This document shows, one piece after another, positions 1 through 15,200 of a DNA stretch of 64,000 nucleotides. The position numbers and the translations under genes were made by a program. The notes beneath the pieces are model-generated. The model searched no databases. It was given only the letters and a program-made list of their open reading frames with translations, and was not told the DNA's origin. How positions within the stretch are numbered: the stretch's first letter is position 1; the number at the start of each line of letters is the position of its first letter. The DNA is from Perna viridis (taxonomy: Eukaryota): contig CM074513.1 of assembly GCA_037379345.1 (NCBI GenBank), positions 32,360,885 to 32,424,884 of the forward strand, given 5' to 3'.

Positions 1-113
1 TCACAGACAATATACAAGCTTTTTTCAGTGCTGTGGCAAATGTAATTGTATTGTTTGAAAATGCATTACATTTATGTTCTTAGAAAACCTCTTTTTTTAT
101 ATTTGACTTTCAG

Positions 114-229
114 GTTGTCCCATAGGGGGAATAGGATGTGGTACTATTGGTCGTGGATATAGAGGGGAATTCTGTCGTTACCAAATAGTACCAGGAGTCT
201 ATGAACATACAGTTGTTCCTGCTAATGCT
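114..229 (+). CDS. GBA2: GBA2 exon ([28 protein letters not shown]...)
   Basis: tttcag acceptor, gtaaga donor; GH116 N-terminal glycine-rich motif. Confidence 0.95.
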
Positions 230-3200
230 GTAAGATAATTATAAACAACTTTTTAGCTCACCTAGCTAATGGCCATGTGAGCTATTGCCATCACCTGTGG
301 TCTGTTGTCATCTTCCATCATCATTAACATTTTTTCAAAACTCTTCTCTGACACTACTTGACCAATTGGAACCAAACTTGGTATGAATGTTCCTATGGGT
401 ATCTTGCATAGAACTTATGTGGGGATTTTTGATTCATTGAAAAACATGGCCTCTGTTACTAAAAATAGAACATAGGGGTCAGACAGTGGTTTTTCACATA
501 CATCTCCAAAATTGTACGGTTTAACCAAATTCTGACTGGGTAAAAGTGTTCAGCATGATTAAGATCTTTAGGTGTTCAAATTTTCATTTTAATCTGATAA
601 GCCATGTTGGCCTTATTACCCATTTTTGATGTTTTTTGCTATTTTTAATGTTTTTTGTTTCGAAAACTTGAGCAATTGGAACCAAATTTGGTATTAATAT
701 TCCTTAGGGTATTTTTCATAGAATGTACCGGTAGTGAATTTCGATCCATTGAAAAACTTGTTACTGTTTCTAAAAATAGTACAAAGGGGTCAGTCAGTTT
801 CTCATATATCTCCAAAATTTTTAGGTTTAGCCAGTCTTTTTATTGCTGAATTGATCCTTATTATAAGGCCTACAAAAGTCTTTAGGGATCAAAGTTATCA
901 GAGGACTCCTTGTAAGAGTTATTGCCCATGAAAGGTGAAAATTGTTTTTTTTTACAGTTTTTAGCCAAAAACTATGATAGGTAGAATGAAATTTGGAATT
1001 GCTGAAACGACCCTTATGATAAAGCTTTCAAAAGTTTACAAGAATCAAACTTGTTGGACGACTCCTTGTTAGAGCTATTGCCCTTGAAAGGCAAAAAATC
1101 ATGTTTTTAGCAGTTTTCAGCCAATATCTTGAAAACTATAATAGATAGAATGAAATTTTCAATTGATGAAATGATCTTTATGATAAGTCCTACTGAAGTC
1201 CTTCATTGTGTCAAAATTATCAGACAGAAAATTAATCAGTTGAGTGATTCAGACTCCTGGGAGTCTCTTGTATTTTTAAATTTGAAGATCATGTACAGAA
1301 ATTATAGAAAATTTCTAGTAGCCATGGGTTTTTAACATTTTTTGGTAAGAAACCCACATTGATTTTGTCTTTTTCATTTAAACACATGGTCTTGAATGCT
1401 CTGTTATGGAAACTCAATCAAACTGTATCAGTTTTATAATGGTATGTCATCGTTGTAATCAGATGGAAAAGCAAAATAGGAGGTGCACAATGGCATCTAT
1501 AATAAAGAATATATGAATGTTTCATTCAATTCCATTCAGGGGTTTTAGAGGGGTTGTGGATTAGAAGATGATCTTTCCTTGGTTGCCAATGACAAAGTCT
1601 ATCCTCCCCTTAAATCATGTAGATGAAAAAAAACAAAATAGGAGATGCACAATGACATCATCTGATAAAGAATGTGTGAAAATTTCTTCACATTCCATTC
1701 AGCGGTTTGAGAAGAGTTGTGGAATAGAACTGGTGACAGACTGACTGACAGATGAATAGAAGTTATTGCTTAGACCATATCTTTTATCCAGATATACTGA
1801 AATACTTAAAATGATGGTAAAAATCTTCAGACAGTTCAGTTAAAATATTTGGAGGTCAGGAATGGACTGAACACAAAATTATCTTTTAAAGAGGCATTTG
1901 GTTCGATATTAAAAAAATTTTTTTTTAGGTATTTTATTTTATTTTTATTATTCTTTTTGGTCAAGCATTCCTCAGACTTTTCATATACAGTAATTGTACT
2001 ACATCTACTGGGTATCAGCTGAAATCTAGTGTCTGTCTATTACTAATTAAGAAGATAGGATCATCAATGATCATATCAAGCTGCACCATGCAGAGCATTT
2101 GATAAAGTATGTTCTAAAAGTGAGCTTAACAAGCAAGTTTTACCAGTGCATTGTTTCTAGTTGATATAGCTTTGTTTACAATTACATTTTAAAGAGTCTA
2201 ATTCATTGATATATTCTATTCTAACTGTTTCATTTCTGTTCATTATTTCAGTTTATCCTCTGCATCAGGAAGAATAATAAAACTGTATACCAGAAAGTCC
2301 TGACTGGGAAAAAAGGGAAGCATCTGAAGTCATGGGAGTGGGGATTCCCTTTACATAATGCAACATATCATGCATTATACCCTCGGTCCTGGACTGTATA
2401 TAATATACCTGAATACAGCCTTAGATTAGTCTGTCGGCAAATATCACCTGTCTTTCCACATGATTATAAGGTACATCTTATCTGTCTTTCTTTGCTGCTA
2501 AATATGATAATTTTACTGTCAAGGTAGTTAAAATATAAAATTACTAGTCCCTGGTTTATTCTTAAACTGAAACATAGGAATGACAAAATGATCAGTTAGT
2601 AAATTTATTTTGAGTGGTCAATATTTTATGAAAACCTCTTGACTGGAAGCACCTTTCGTTTGTTCTTTGCAACATAACTTTTGTAAGTGCTGTCCTGAAA
2701 TCACAAACTTGAACTAGTCATAACTAGTGAAAAAATTACTTCCAAATAACTTTTCAAAAATATTATTCTTGATAGGAGAAATTATAAAAATCAATAGAAC
2801 TCATTCATTGCCCAATACATAGTGTATGATATAACTGTTTCAAGCAAATTATAATAAAAAAAAATTAAGGCTTCAGATATCTACAGTATTTATTGTGTCA
2901 CTTTAAGGTTTCTATTCTTCCCTGTCATTGTATAGTGTTCTTTGCTTTGTTTTTGTACCAGGACACAAGTTTTCCAATGGCTGTATTTGTATGGGATGTA
3001 GAGAACTTGGGACAGGAAGAATTAGATGTTAGCATCACTTTCACATTTAAAAATGGAAGAGGTGTAAAAGAGGACAGCTTTCCTGGCAACTGGAGTGAGC
3101 CATTTGAAAATGAAGCTGAAGGTCAAAAGGTTGCAGGGATGATGATTGGTCAAAATATACGAGATATGAAGTGCACTTATGGGATAGCTGGTGCCCTCAA

Positions 3201-6200
3201 GGTGTAAAATATATGTTTTGTTTTAAAGAATTCAATTATTTCTATCCTTTTTTATGTCTAACTTGGATTTACAGTAGCTTTATTTTGGTTTATTTGGTGC
3301 CTTGGATAAACCAAAAACACACCTAAATGAAATATACCAGATTTCCTTAACAATTTAACTGGAAGCAGATAGTTTTGGAAAAAAACAAATAGACAAAAAC
3401 TTAAAACACCATTCCTGTAAAATTTCCAAGAATATCCTGTTTTTTAATCATTTCTAAGTGATACTTTTTATCTACTCAAGGCACTGAGTTATTGTTGCCA
3501 AGCCACTAAATTGTCACCCAAAATAAATAGTTCTTCCAGTAAATTTAGGATTGGCAATGAAAAATTTAGTAATTTTCTAAATGTACCACCTGCCTTGTGT
3601 CATCATAACCTTCGATTTTCTAAACTTCATCAGAAACATTAATAGATAGAAATTAAACAAAGACTGTTATGCATTAAACTTAGGTTTTATGTCAATTATG
3701 AAATATCAGATTGATTTACCTATTATTCTATCTGTAATGATGATTTGTTTCACCATAGGATGGCATTGATGTGAGCACCAAGTCTCAATTCAATCCCAAG
3801 GGTACGGGACAAGAACTATGGGATGACCTATTGGAAGATGGAAAGCTTAAATCTGCTACAGGTACATTTTCATGGAACTTGTTTAAATTTAAAAGCAGAC
3901 ATTTTCAGTGGCATTTTAAACTTATACAAAAATCTTCAGAAATCTTTTGATAGTTCTTCCTTTTTATACCCCCTATCCAAAGGAGAGGGGGCATAGTATT
4001 TTATCCTTGTCTCTGTTTCCGTGTTGCACTGTTTCCTTCACAGTTTTCTCAGCAACTACTCATCGCATGGGTTTGAAATTTCAACACATTCTTCCTGTAG
4101 ATATGCCATATGGTGGGAGTCATTTTTGGAAAAAATTATACTACAACTTCCTGTTTACCGAGGACTGATTTTTTTTTTTATTATATTTTTGCAAGTTTAA
4201 ATTTTTGTCACACTTTTCTCAGCAACTACTCATCACAGCAGCTTGAAATTTTCCCCATTTACCCTGTGGGTATACCATATGGTACGATCCATTTTTGGAA
4301 AAATTCTACAACTTCCCGTTTACCGAGGACTTCATTTGTTTTCATTATATCATAATTGAAAGCGGGGCTATCACTTGTGAGCCATCCCTCACAGATTTCT
4401 TGTACACTTAGCATGTCTCCAGGGTAAAACTGTGTTGGCTTTTCATGCATTACATGTTGAACATAATTTATATAAATTATTAGAAAATATTTGAAAATTG
4501 TAATAAGCAAAATGAAGATGAGATTAAAGCTTTTTCTTTTCCTCCTATGTGGTTGGAAAGTATATGCCCTTTTGTTGGTCAAATTGTCTGTCCAAAATCA
4601 ATATCTTTGAAAAAAATATTACCGGTACAAATCATTATGCAATGGTTAGATGAACGTAGAAATTTTTCTTATATTGACTTGAATAAATGATACTGAAATT
4701 TCACATTTTTACCTTTCTGGCAAATTAATTACACATGTAAACTCTTTTTGTACACTTTTGTAGTTAATTACAAATATTATTTTGAAATTAACATTCTCAG
4801 CTTTACTTTGACTACTTTTGATCAACATACAAATTATGCACTTACAATACAATGATCTAGGTTCAGTGTGTTTTTGGTACTAAATACTTGTAGAAGGGTA
4901 ATTATTTAATTTGAATTGGTGAGATCTTTACTGTTTGAAGTTATGGACCTTTGCTTGTCAAAATTTTGGATTGGGGTATCACCAGATCAACTTAATAAAG
5001 TTTTGTAAAAATTTATACAGGATCAATATTTAACACTGAAACAGTTTTCCTTGTATGACTAAGAAATGAGTGAAGTAAAAAGTTGAGAAATCATGATATA
5101 AGTTGCAAAAGGTTTTTTTTAAACTTTAGATTTATATGATTTTCTTAGTTATTTAAAACCAAGTTGCAGAAGGTACATTTTGATAGCTTAACTTAAGCAT
5201 GGAATGTCAACAATATGAATGAAGAGTTTAAGATTGTAATTTAGGGATATTTCTCTCTGAACCTGGTTTCCCTGAACATTATACAACAGTAATTTTCAGT
5301 TTACCGGATTCAGTGAAATGTATATAGTTGCTTTCCTGCAAAATTTATTTTTGTATTTCCTCTATAAAGGGATTTTTGCTTCTGGAGAAAGATAGTTGTT
5401 CTGCCTGGTTTCAAAACCTTTTATGCATAGCTAGGCAACATTAAGATTTATATCACACTTCTACTTCATAACTTAAAAAAAATGTTAAGGTGGAGGGGTT
5501 AAAGGTTTTATTCTAGAAATTACTTTTGAATAAAATGCCTTATTGGAAGTTCATGTTAAATATGTGATGGTGTTTTGTCCTTAAGTGACATTTATAACTT
5601 TGTATTTACTTATTCTATTCACAGAGGGGTATGTAAGTTTCGAAACACGACTCTGTGATTTCATGAGAATTGGTCCTCATCTACCATTCAAATGCATGGA
5701 GATTCATCATTTACATAGTATTTAGTTCAATATGAAAAGCAATTTATCTTTTTTTGTAAAAAAGATTGATAAAAAGTGACAAATATCTAGTTTTACGGGA
5801 TAAAAATGTTAAGAAAAGCATAAAATAGAAGATTTTGCATTGTGATGCAGTGTTTCGATTTCCTGCAAGTAAACAATATAATGCAGATCGGTTTTTGGAT
5901 TTCAAAAGGTTTTACATTGGAAATTCTGGAACTATAAAGATACTTACCAACCCTGTATGTAAACATTGTTACTGAATAGATGTGACTTACAAAGTACATT
6001 TTTATACATGAAAATCAATTTTGATGGTTTTGTCAAAAGTAATTTAAAGAAACATACATTCATGGCTTTCTTAAGAAAATCAAATATTTTATGGAAATTT
6101 TACATTTCATGAGGATTTTGAATTTGTGGTTCGACCGAATCACCCCAAAAAACCTACAAACTAGGTACCTCACAAACTTTATTTTTTTCGCATTGCTGTT

Positions 6201-9200
6201 TATTTGTTTAGAATGAGATGCATTTTGTTTGTGTATGTATAACAGTGCTAACTTCCTTTACAATGTTTTCATTTTTTGCTCTGCATCAAAACGGTTTGAA
6301 ATCATAGCAGTTTGAAATTTTATCACAAATATTGAATAGAAAAGGTAAAGAAATGAGGTTGATGACAAAAGTTTTTATTTTATATTGTAGATCATAATAA
6401 AGATAGTCAGGTTGACACTCCCTTTCATGTAATAACACTCCGAGCTTTAATGAGCATTCTACAGTTTCTACTAAATCTCATCCTACCGTGCAAAGGTATG
6501 GTGTCTATCTAACATAATAACTTTCACTGTTGTTCATTTATAGAAGAGTTTTTACACCAACTTTTAGCATGTAGGTTGCTATGATTATTTTTCAATACCT
6601 AGCTTTATATTTTGAATTTTTTATTTAATGCAACATGTGTCTTGGGATTATTTAGAACTTTTTGATCAAACTGATTATACTGTGCATGTATATTCAGGAA
6701 TGATTTTTTTCAACTTTTTAGTGGAATTCCGCAAATTGAAATCCGGATTTTACTGTTACGATTCTTTTTTTTCTGTTTATTTATCTCTGATTTTACCAAT
6801 TTTTGCTTTGTTTGACTTCATCATAAAATCATCCCTGTATATTGTTCCTATAAATCATTTTATAGTACATTCAAAATAGTTCATAATTGATAATATGATA
6901 ATTAATTGAAAAAATGTGAATAACTAAAATATGATCATGAGTGCTGAAGAATGTCCAGATTTTAACATGTGGGGGAACTTGTTCCTAGCACAACTTAAAT
7001 CTTCAAGTGTTCTTGGCAAACATTATCAAATTATAAAAACAATTATTATCCTATTTGTTATATACATATATATATATGTTCTCCATATTTTTCTCTATTT
7101 TCAATATGAATTTGTGATCAGTAGATTGGCAGCAGAAGGTCTGAGAGCGAAATTAATTGCACAGGGAACTAACTTATGAAAAAAAATCACTGCCATCTAT
7201 ATGATAACTAGTGTTACTTCACTTCTCATTTTAGTTTTCATGAAACACCGGTAATCATAAAACATATTCTGCAGCTACAAGCTTATATAATGTATTATTA
7301 ATTCGAAGAAAAGTTCCTGTGATAAAAAAAAATATTTTTAATTTGGTTTTACATGCTTGCAATATTACCATATACAAGGTCATTTTAATGACAATTCGTT
7401 ACACTTGGTTATGGTAGGTTTTCTTATGTTTACATATGGGTAGCATTTGATATACTGGTACAAATTAACATATGATTAAGTTGCATGCCTCATTTGTCTT
7501 TATGTCTTTTGATTGAATCTTAATGAAGAAATGCATTGAAAATTACCCATTATACTTAACTAGGAAGTAGAATGTGTAAGTACAAGTCTCCATTAAATAT
7601 TTTCTACTTGTATGTACTAAATCTAGGTGAAACAGTTTAGTGGCACAGTCTTTGCAATTAGAACAAGATGAACAATCTTCACTTAGAAATTTGAGTTAAA
7701 ATTTTCAATTGATCATGAGAACTTGTTCCATTTATGAAACGAAAATGTACATTGTTTTGGATCATATGAATAGAGGTTCTGATTTTAAAAACTGTTTCTG
7801 TAATTTTCATATTTTAGTATGGCTGTGCTTATCAGTTTTTACTTCCCAAAACTGTTGTTCTATAACTTTGTGTGTCTAAATGACATTGTGAACTAATTGG
7901 AAGGGGATCAAGATTGTGTTAGTTTCACTAATATTTAGTTGTTTTTCATGTGTATTTATCTAGACTTGTAGTCAGAATCATAATGCAGAATTAATGGTTT
8001 AAACAGTGTGTCATCCATTGCTTATAAAATTGTTGACTCTTAAAACTTTATTTTCAACTGCTAATTGATAAAAGTGAACACACATGTATGTTCAGATACC
8101 ATCAATCAATTCTTAAGTATAAAATTTTCTTGGTGACTTAATTTGTACACATATTTTTTTCTCCTCATGAATAGCTTTGTGGAAAACTATAGTTACTGCA
8201 TCATCCCATTTATTACAATGTTAGTTTTTCTCTGTAATTTTGAAAAAAAGCCCCATAAGAAATTAGTATTAAATTTTCACACCAGTTTTATAAACTAGTA
8301 CCTGTTTTAGAATCCAACCCATTGTTTCAGTGTATATTGTTTGCTTATCTTGATTATTATATCACACAGAGAAAAGTGCAGCCACCACCAAAGGAACAGA
8401 GCTAGGTACTGCTGTGTGCTTGTTTACAACTGTCAAACCTGGAGAGAAGAAAGATTTAGAGTTCACCCTGACATGGGATATGCCTGTTATACACTTTAAG
8501 GCTAGAAAACATAAATACCTAAAGTAAGGGTGTAAAAGATGGTAGTGACTAGTTGTTACTGAAATTTTACATATTTTGGCAATTGGTGGTTTTAAAACAT
8601 TTTTCCAAGTATTTAAATTTGCTTTATGTTGAAACTTATCATAAGCAAAGTGCTTAATTTGCATATTCATAGGTACTTATTTTTGCAACTGATTACTGAT
8701 TGTGAATTTGGGCAAATAAATACACCATGGAAATGAGTGCAATTATATTAATGGATGTTATGGTACATGTAATATTACAAGTCTTCTATAACAAATCAAC
8801 TACATTTTTAATCATAATTTTTTTTACATAGCAATAAATTATTTTGAATTTCAGATAGTATGGTGTGCATTTTGTGTATAGATCAGGAGGCAGAAAAATA
8901 TCTTATTAGATTTTGAATTCAAAATACTAAATGCACCATACTGTTCAATTTTTTCTATCATTGTGACAGCTTTATCATTCTGAGAGTTGTTTATGCATGA
9001 ATGTCTACATCTATCATTGTTTTTATGTGTTTTATTTTTTGTTGTCTGTAGGCGATATGCCAGATGGTTTGGTAGTACTGGTGATTCATGCCCAAGAATG
9101 TGTAGTTATGCATTGAACAATTATTCAGTGTGGGAACAGAAGATTGAAGAGTGGCAAAATCCTATCCTAAACAATCAGTAAGCCTTTATATGTATATCTA

Positions 9201-12200
9201 TTACTCATGATTGTCTACATTTTAATGCCTTGTTACATTTGGAATCAGAAGAGACCAGTTTGACAATTTCACCAATCAAAATAATGAAATTCAAATATTT
9301 TTGGTGAACATGTTATTAACCTGTGTGTCATTAAAGCATGAACAATACAGTTTTTCATCTTGATCATTTATTTGAACTTGAGTACTGTGAAAGTACTATT
9401 GGGTACCAATTTTCGTGGTTTTTTTGTGGGTAGGTCAAACCACAAAATTTGGTTCCAACGAATAGTAGATTCCCATTGATGTGTATACTGAAGGAGTAAT
9501 CAAGGGAACCAAGGTTATAGTGGTAATCAAAAGAATGTAATCCAGGTACAAAGACCAGACATGGGAAACAGACATACACAACTAAGAACATGAAGTAACT
9601 AAAATCATACATACAAAGTAACAAAAGCAAATGAGCAACTCAGACTCCACTAATAAACCTAGGAGCATGGACCAGGTGCACTGGTAGGATAAGCGTCCTC
9701 TGTTTTTCTAGAAACACCCGCCGAATTGCTCATAAAAAGTCATATCCAGGGTAGACAAAGGAGGAAAGGAAAATTATGACACGAAAACTTCAAAACCATG
9801 AATTCAAAAACCCATGGACTTGTGTTTCTTCCCTGATCCACAAAAATTGGTATCCACAAATTAAAGTACTGTCACATTATAACTTCTGTTACATTTTTTT
9901 TTAAGATACATTGTACATTGAATTTAAAAACAAGTCTTTTTAAGTATTTGTGGGCTAATGTTCAGAAGTTAATATTGTTTTATTTTCAGAAATCTACCAG
10001 CATGGTACAAATCTGCTCTTTTTAATGAGCTTTATTTTGTGAGTGATAGTGGTTCTGTATGGCTAGATTTAGCTGAAGAGAAAGATGGAAAATATGTTAG
10101 AAAGATTAATGAAAGTGATCCAAAAGTTATTCAGGAGTTTGGAAAGTTTGGCTATCTTGAAGGTATCGTAATGATGAATTTGGGATGGGTATCTTTCCTT
10201 CACTATTGGGATAATCATATTAAAAAAAAAGAAAATCTAAATTAATATTGTACATGTACAGGTTGGAGGAGTAGTTACTTAAATAATTAAGGTTTGTCTG
10301 CTTGAAATTTTTAAAAGTCAGAGAGTTAATAGAAACTCCTAAATAAATAATCCTACTTTGTCAAATCACAAGAAGCCTCTGATAGACAGTAGAGGAATTT
10401 CTATTTATTCTACATGTAGTGCAATTTGACAATTCCTTAGAAAATGAACCATTATCATTTATCAAAGAAATGTAATACTACAGAAAACATATTTTATATA
10501 GCTCTTTTTATTTATTCTCCTTCAGTAATGAGTGGTTTAAATTATTTCTCCATGCTGTATGGTGAGAATTAAAGATTGCATGTTGAAAATCTTAATTTTC
10601 CAATCTCAGGTTAACAAGTTAGGTTGACATGGGTTGATTGCTGAAGATAAACATTTTGATTGTTTCAGGACATGAATACAGAATGATTAACACATATGAT
10701 GTCCATCACTATGCATCCTATGCTTTTATCATGTTATGGCCAAATATACAGATGTCTATACAGTATGATATGGGTAGGTTTCTGTTGTTCCGTAATGGAC
10801 TCTGAATCTGTCTTGCTGCATTATGTCAAAGTCTAAAGGACTGAAGAAAGAAATTGAGGTGTTGGTAGTTCAACTTAAATGAAGCCCAAGTTTCCATGTT
10901 TTGATATGCAAATAGATTATCAACACGGACTGTCTCAAACACCAGGAAGATAGATTATCAACACGGACTGTCTCTAACACCAGGAAGATAAGCTTTCATA
11001 TCTTAAATTTAATGCAGAATTTTGATTTTAAAAGTCAAAGAACACAACTTAGTTCAGTTGTGAAAGTTCGATTGGCTGACAGATTTCTTGTTGTTTCTAC
11101 TTATTATTTTCTGCTCCTATTGATTGACTTGCACTGCAGAAGTATTGGAAAGACATCTGTTTTAGTGTACTAAAGAAATTTTTTACTAGTTATAGCTTAA
11201 TGACACTTTAAATTGTAAATAAGGAAATCCTATATAGATGTGCATGTTATAAGGTTTTACATGTTTTGATGATACTTTCAACAAAATAAGTAATGTTTAT
11301 AGCTTGGTAGAGAGATGATATGACTTTCAATTTATCAAATTGTGTGATTCCAAGAGGTGCAGATGGTATTCTTTAATTGAGCTTACTCATAACAAAATAG
11401 ATGTATATAATTTTGAGATCTAATGTCTTAACAAGGGTAATGATTAAGGAAGATGCAAGCTGTCCTTTGATTTGTATACATTTTTCTACAAAAACTTCAT
11501 AGAAGTATTTTTTGCGACAAAATGAAAAAAGTGTTGGGGGCATTAAGCTATTGATATTGCTTAAAAATATCAACTTTGTTGTAATAACATGAAAGTTGTT
11601 TATAACAAAGTAAAATATATTAATATAAGGGAAAGATGATTATTTGTGGCATTAGTTCACTGTAATGATGTCATAATGGTTCACTAATTTTACATCATTT
11701 AGTGAAAACTGCTGAGAATTGTAAATTTTGTTGTTTTTCTGACATATTTTCATCCACACCCAAGAAATAACTTTAAATTTTTACATATGATAAACTATGT
11801 AATAATGAGTGTAGTCACTAAATATGATGAAGTTGTTTCTTGGGTGTGGACACCATTTCCTTGTCAAAAATATGACCAGAAAGTGACCAAAATGTACAAA
11901 GTTTGACAGTATATCTGAATATTGGTAAATTTTGAGTAATTTTTCATTCCTTTCAATGCAAGAATTATCAGAAGTCTTTATGTTTTCTCATTTGTGATGG
12001 ATTCAAGTATCTCAATTCACTATTAAATTATTTAACACTTTATGATTTATTTTCAGTTGAATTTTTGGCCAAAAAGACCCTTTATTGTCCCTTCTCCTTT
12101 ATTAGGACTTAGGTATAAAAAAAACTTATATATGGTGTAAAATTATAACAGAAAAAAACCTATATATGGTGTAAAATTATAAAAGTCATATATCAAATAC

Positions 12201-15200
12201 CTATATGTTTTGTTATTGTAGCTTCGTCAACGATGTCTGAAGATACTACGCCACTAGTTTACTGTATGGAGGGTAATACTGGTATCTACAAAACAAAGAA
12301 TGCTGTACCTCATGATCTAGGCGATCCAGGTATCTATTGGGCACATACTTCTTATTATTTTTCCATAGGTGTACATGCATGTATCTTTTTACCGACATTT
12401 TTTATTGCAGCTCTTTCCATATCATTGATCTGGGTATAAGGGACCACTCAAAATGTCCATATCAAAATTTTCACACTTCTGTTAGAACATGTTGGTAGGA
12501 AGTGTAGTTACATTTATTTTCTGTCTGTAACAGCTAAACCGAGAGGAAATTGGCATAATGTCTCCTTCACCAGCAAATAATCCCAGAAACTGTCATTCGG
12601 TCATTACTCTCCAGTGTGTTTTTCTTCAATGATTTTTTTTTCAATTATTCTAAAGATTTATAGCTTCAGATACATTTCACTTTCATTTACTAACTTTTTC
12701 TACAACCTGTATTAGTTAGATTATATTGTATGTGTAGTACTACTTTGTTGTTTGGCACAAGGTTCATTTATAATGTTCGTCAAACTGACAGAAATGTTTA
12801 TAAATTGTTTGAGTACAAGTATATATTTCTTATATAAAAGGAAGGGTATGTTGACTTTATACCATTTCCAAATGTAGGGTTTCATTAATAGTTGGAAAGA
12901 ATATTTGCATAAAGAAAAAAATGAAATGAATTGAAGTTTGTAACTACTAAATGTTTATAAAATTAATATCCCAATTAAACATTTGATACTACAAAACACA
13001 ATAATTATGTACCTGTACAATAAGCTGCATGAAGTATAGGATAAGAATGTGTTGTAGTAAAACAAGCAGAGAGGAAAGAATGAAGTTTGCATGTCAAATA
13101 TCGTATTTCTAATTTAAATAGCTATACAAGTGTCACATATATAACGATACATATGAATAATGTCAGTGACACACTGTGTAGCACTATATTTTTGACAGCA
13201 TCATTTTGTTTTTGCTGGTATCAAAGTTTATGAAATAAACAGTACATTATATGAATAATTCATTAAAGAATAAATTTCAGTATTTCTGTTTTTAAGATGT
13301 GATGCCTTGTTATATTTTCTATATGCAAGTTTTGTGTTTCCTTTTACAGAGGATGAGCCATGGGACAAAGTTAATGCTTACATTGTCCACCCTACTGATG
13401 ATTGGAAAGATCTCAATTTAAAATTCATACTTCAAACCTACAGAGATTATAGCCATCTGAAAGATGTACAGTATCTTAAAGACATGTACCCTGTTTGTCA
13501 GGTAAGGCATTACATTTGTTTGTAGATGTTGATAACATACCATGTAGCAGGAATTTTCAGAGGGTGCTGTCTCTTTAGTATTCTTTCTGAACATGCCAAA
13601 TTGAATTTTGCAAAATATTTCTTCTGGGCTTCCATACTAAGTGCACCAATTAGCATCCGTCAAAATTTCTTGTGTACTTTTTTGCCTCAAAACTGCCAAA
13701 TTTACATCAGCCAAAATACCCTGCCATATGGTACTAGATGATAGTGTACTAGATGGAAATGCATTATACATGTGTATTACATTTACCATATCAGTTTCTT
13801 AAGGTGTTGTGCTAAGTTAATTTATGATCTTAATTTACAGAATTAAAGATTTAAAAAAACTTGTTCATATAGTGGGATCTTCTATTGTTTTTGGAACAAA
13901 ATTATATATATATCATTTCCTAGAACACAAAACTTCTGTGAAGAAAGTTACTGTCTTTCCTTTATTACCTCCTGGTTACAAAGCTGTTCTAAAACCATGT
14001 TGTTCTTTTTTTTTAAATTGTGTTAAAAGTTTGCACTGTTGTTATACTGGTATTCAGGGTCTTATGGAGCATGCCAGATGGTGAGTCAAAAGTATGGAGA
14101 CTTTGTAAAAAAATTCTTCTTTAAAAAAAATTTACACGTAAAAATGTTGTTTGTTTGATATAATCAGGCTGTAATGGAGCATGCCAGACAGTGGGATAAA
14201 GATGGCGATGGTCTGATAGAGAATGGAGGGTTTGCTGATCAAACATTTGATGCTTGGACCATGACAGGGGTTAGGTATGTAAGAATAAACTTTGATTTAG
14301 AGTTTTGGAAATTTGGTCTCAGTAATCATCATTGGTTTAGTTAGTATGAAAATACAAGAAAAAAATATGGTTTTACAAACAAACAAAAAAAAACTAATTT
14401 TATTTTGAGACACTCACTTTTTGTTTACCAAATTTAACTTTTTATTTTGAAATTACTTCATTGCTGCATGTATGGTAATATCTTTATCAAGTAGTGGTCA
14501 TTTAGGACATATGCTGAAAAGTAATATGACACATATGTAGAACCACTGGTAGTAGGAATCTGATGAATTCTACTCATTTTGACACCATTGAAAACTGATT
14601 TTGCCAAGTATTTGAAATGCATTGAAAATATTGTAAAAAATGGAGAATTTATGAAGACATAAACAATAATTGAGAATATTTAGTATTTAACCTTCATGTC
14701 CTTTATATTTAGATTTACATAATCTGTAAGAAATGGCTAAATATAACACTCCCAAACCATGCTAATCACCTGCCAAAATGGATGCTGTTATATTTCCAGT
14801 GCTTACTGTGGTGGCTTGTGGTTAGCAGCTTTGAAGATGTATGTAGAAATCAGTAAAATCATTGGTAACACTGAGGAAATGAACAAATATACAGAAATAC
14901 TGGATAGGGGCAAACAGGCTTTTGATGCTAAATTATGGAATGGTTAGTAAGACATGTATGCACTATATTTCATGTATGGATTTTAAAATGTACCACAGGC
15001 ATCTATGTATTATAAAGAAAATATCTTTTTATGTATGCTGGTTTAAAGTGTGTTTTAAAATAGGTAGAAGTATTAAGATATTTTATATTTCAAATCATAC
15101 TTATGTTCATTGTATATTTACTCTTCTATGTACATTAGAATTTAAATGCATGCCCTTTAAGCATTTTAACATTTTTTGCAGGAAGTTATTATAACTATGA

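Noticed and set aside
11752-12101. Inverted TCCACACCCAAGAAA pair and Kolobok-like end GTCCCTTCTCCTTTA in a GBA2 intron
   Set aside because: Likely an old transposon fragment; the other terminus could not be located.
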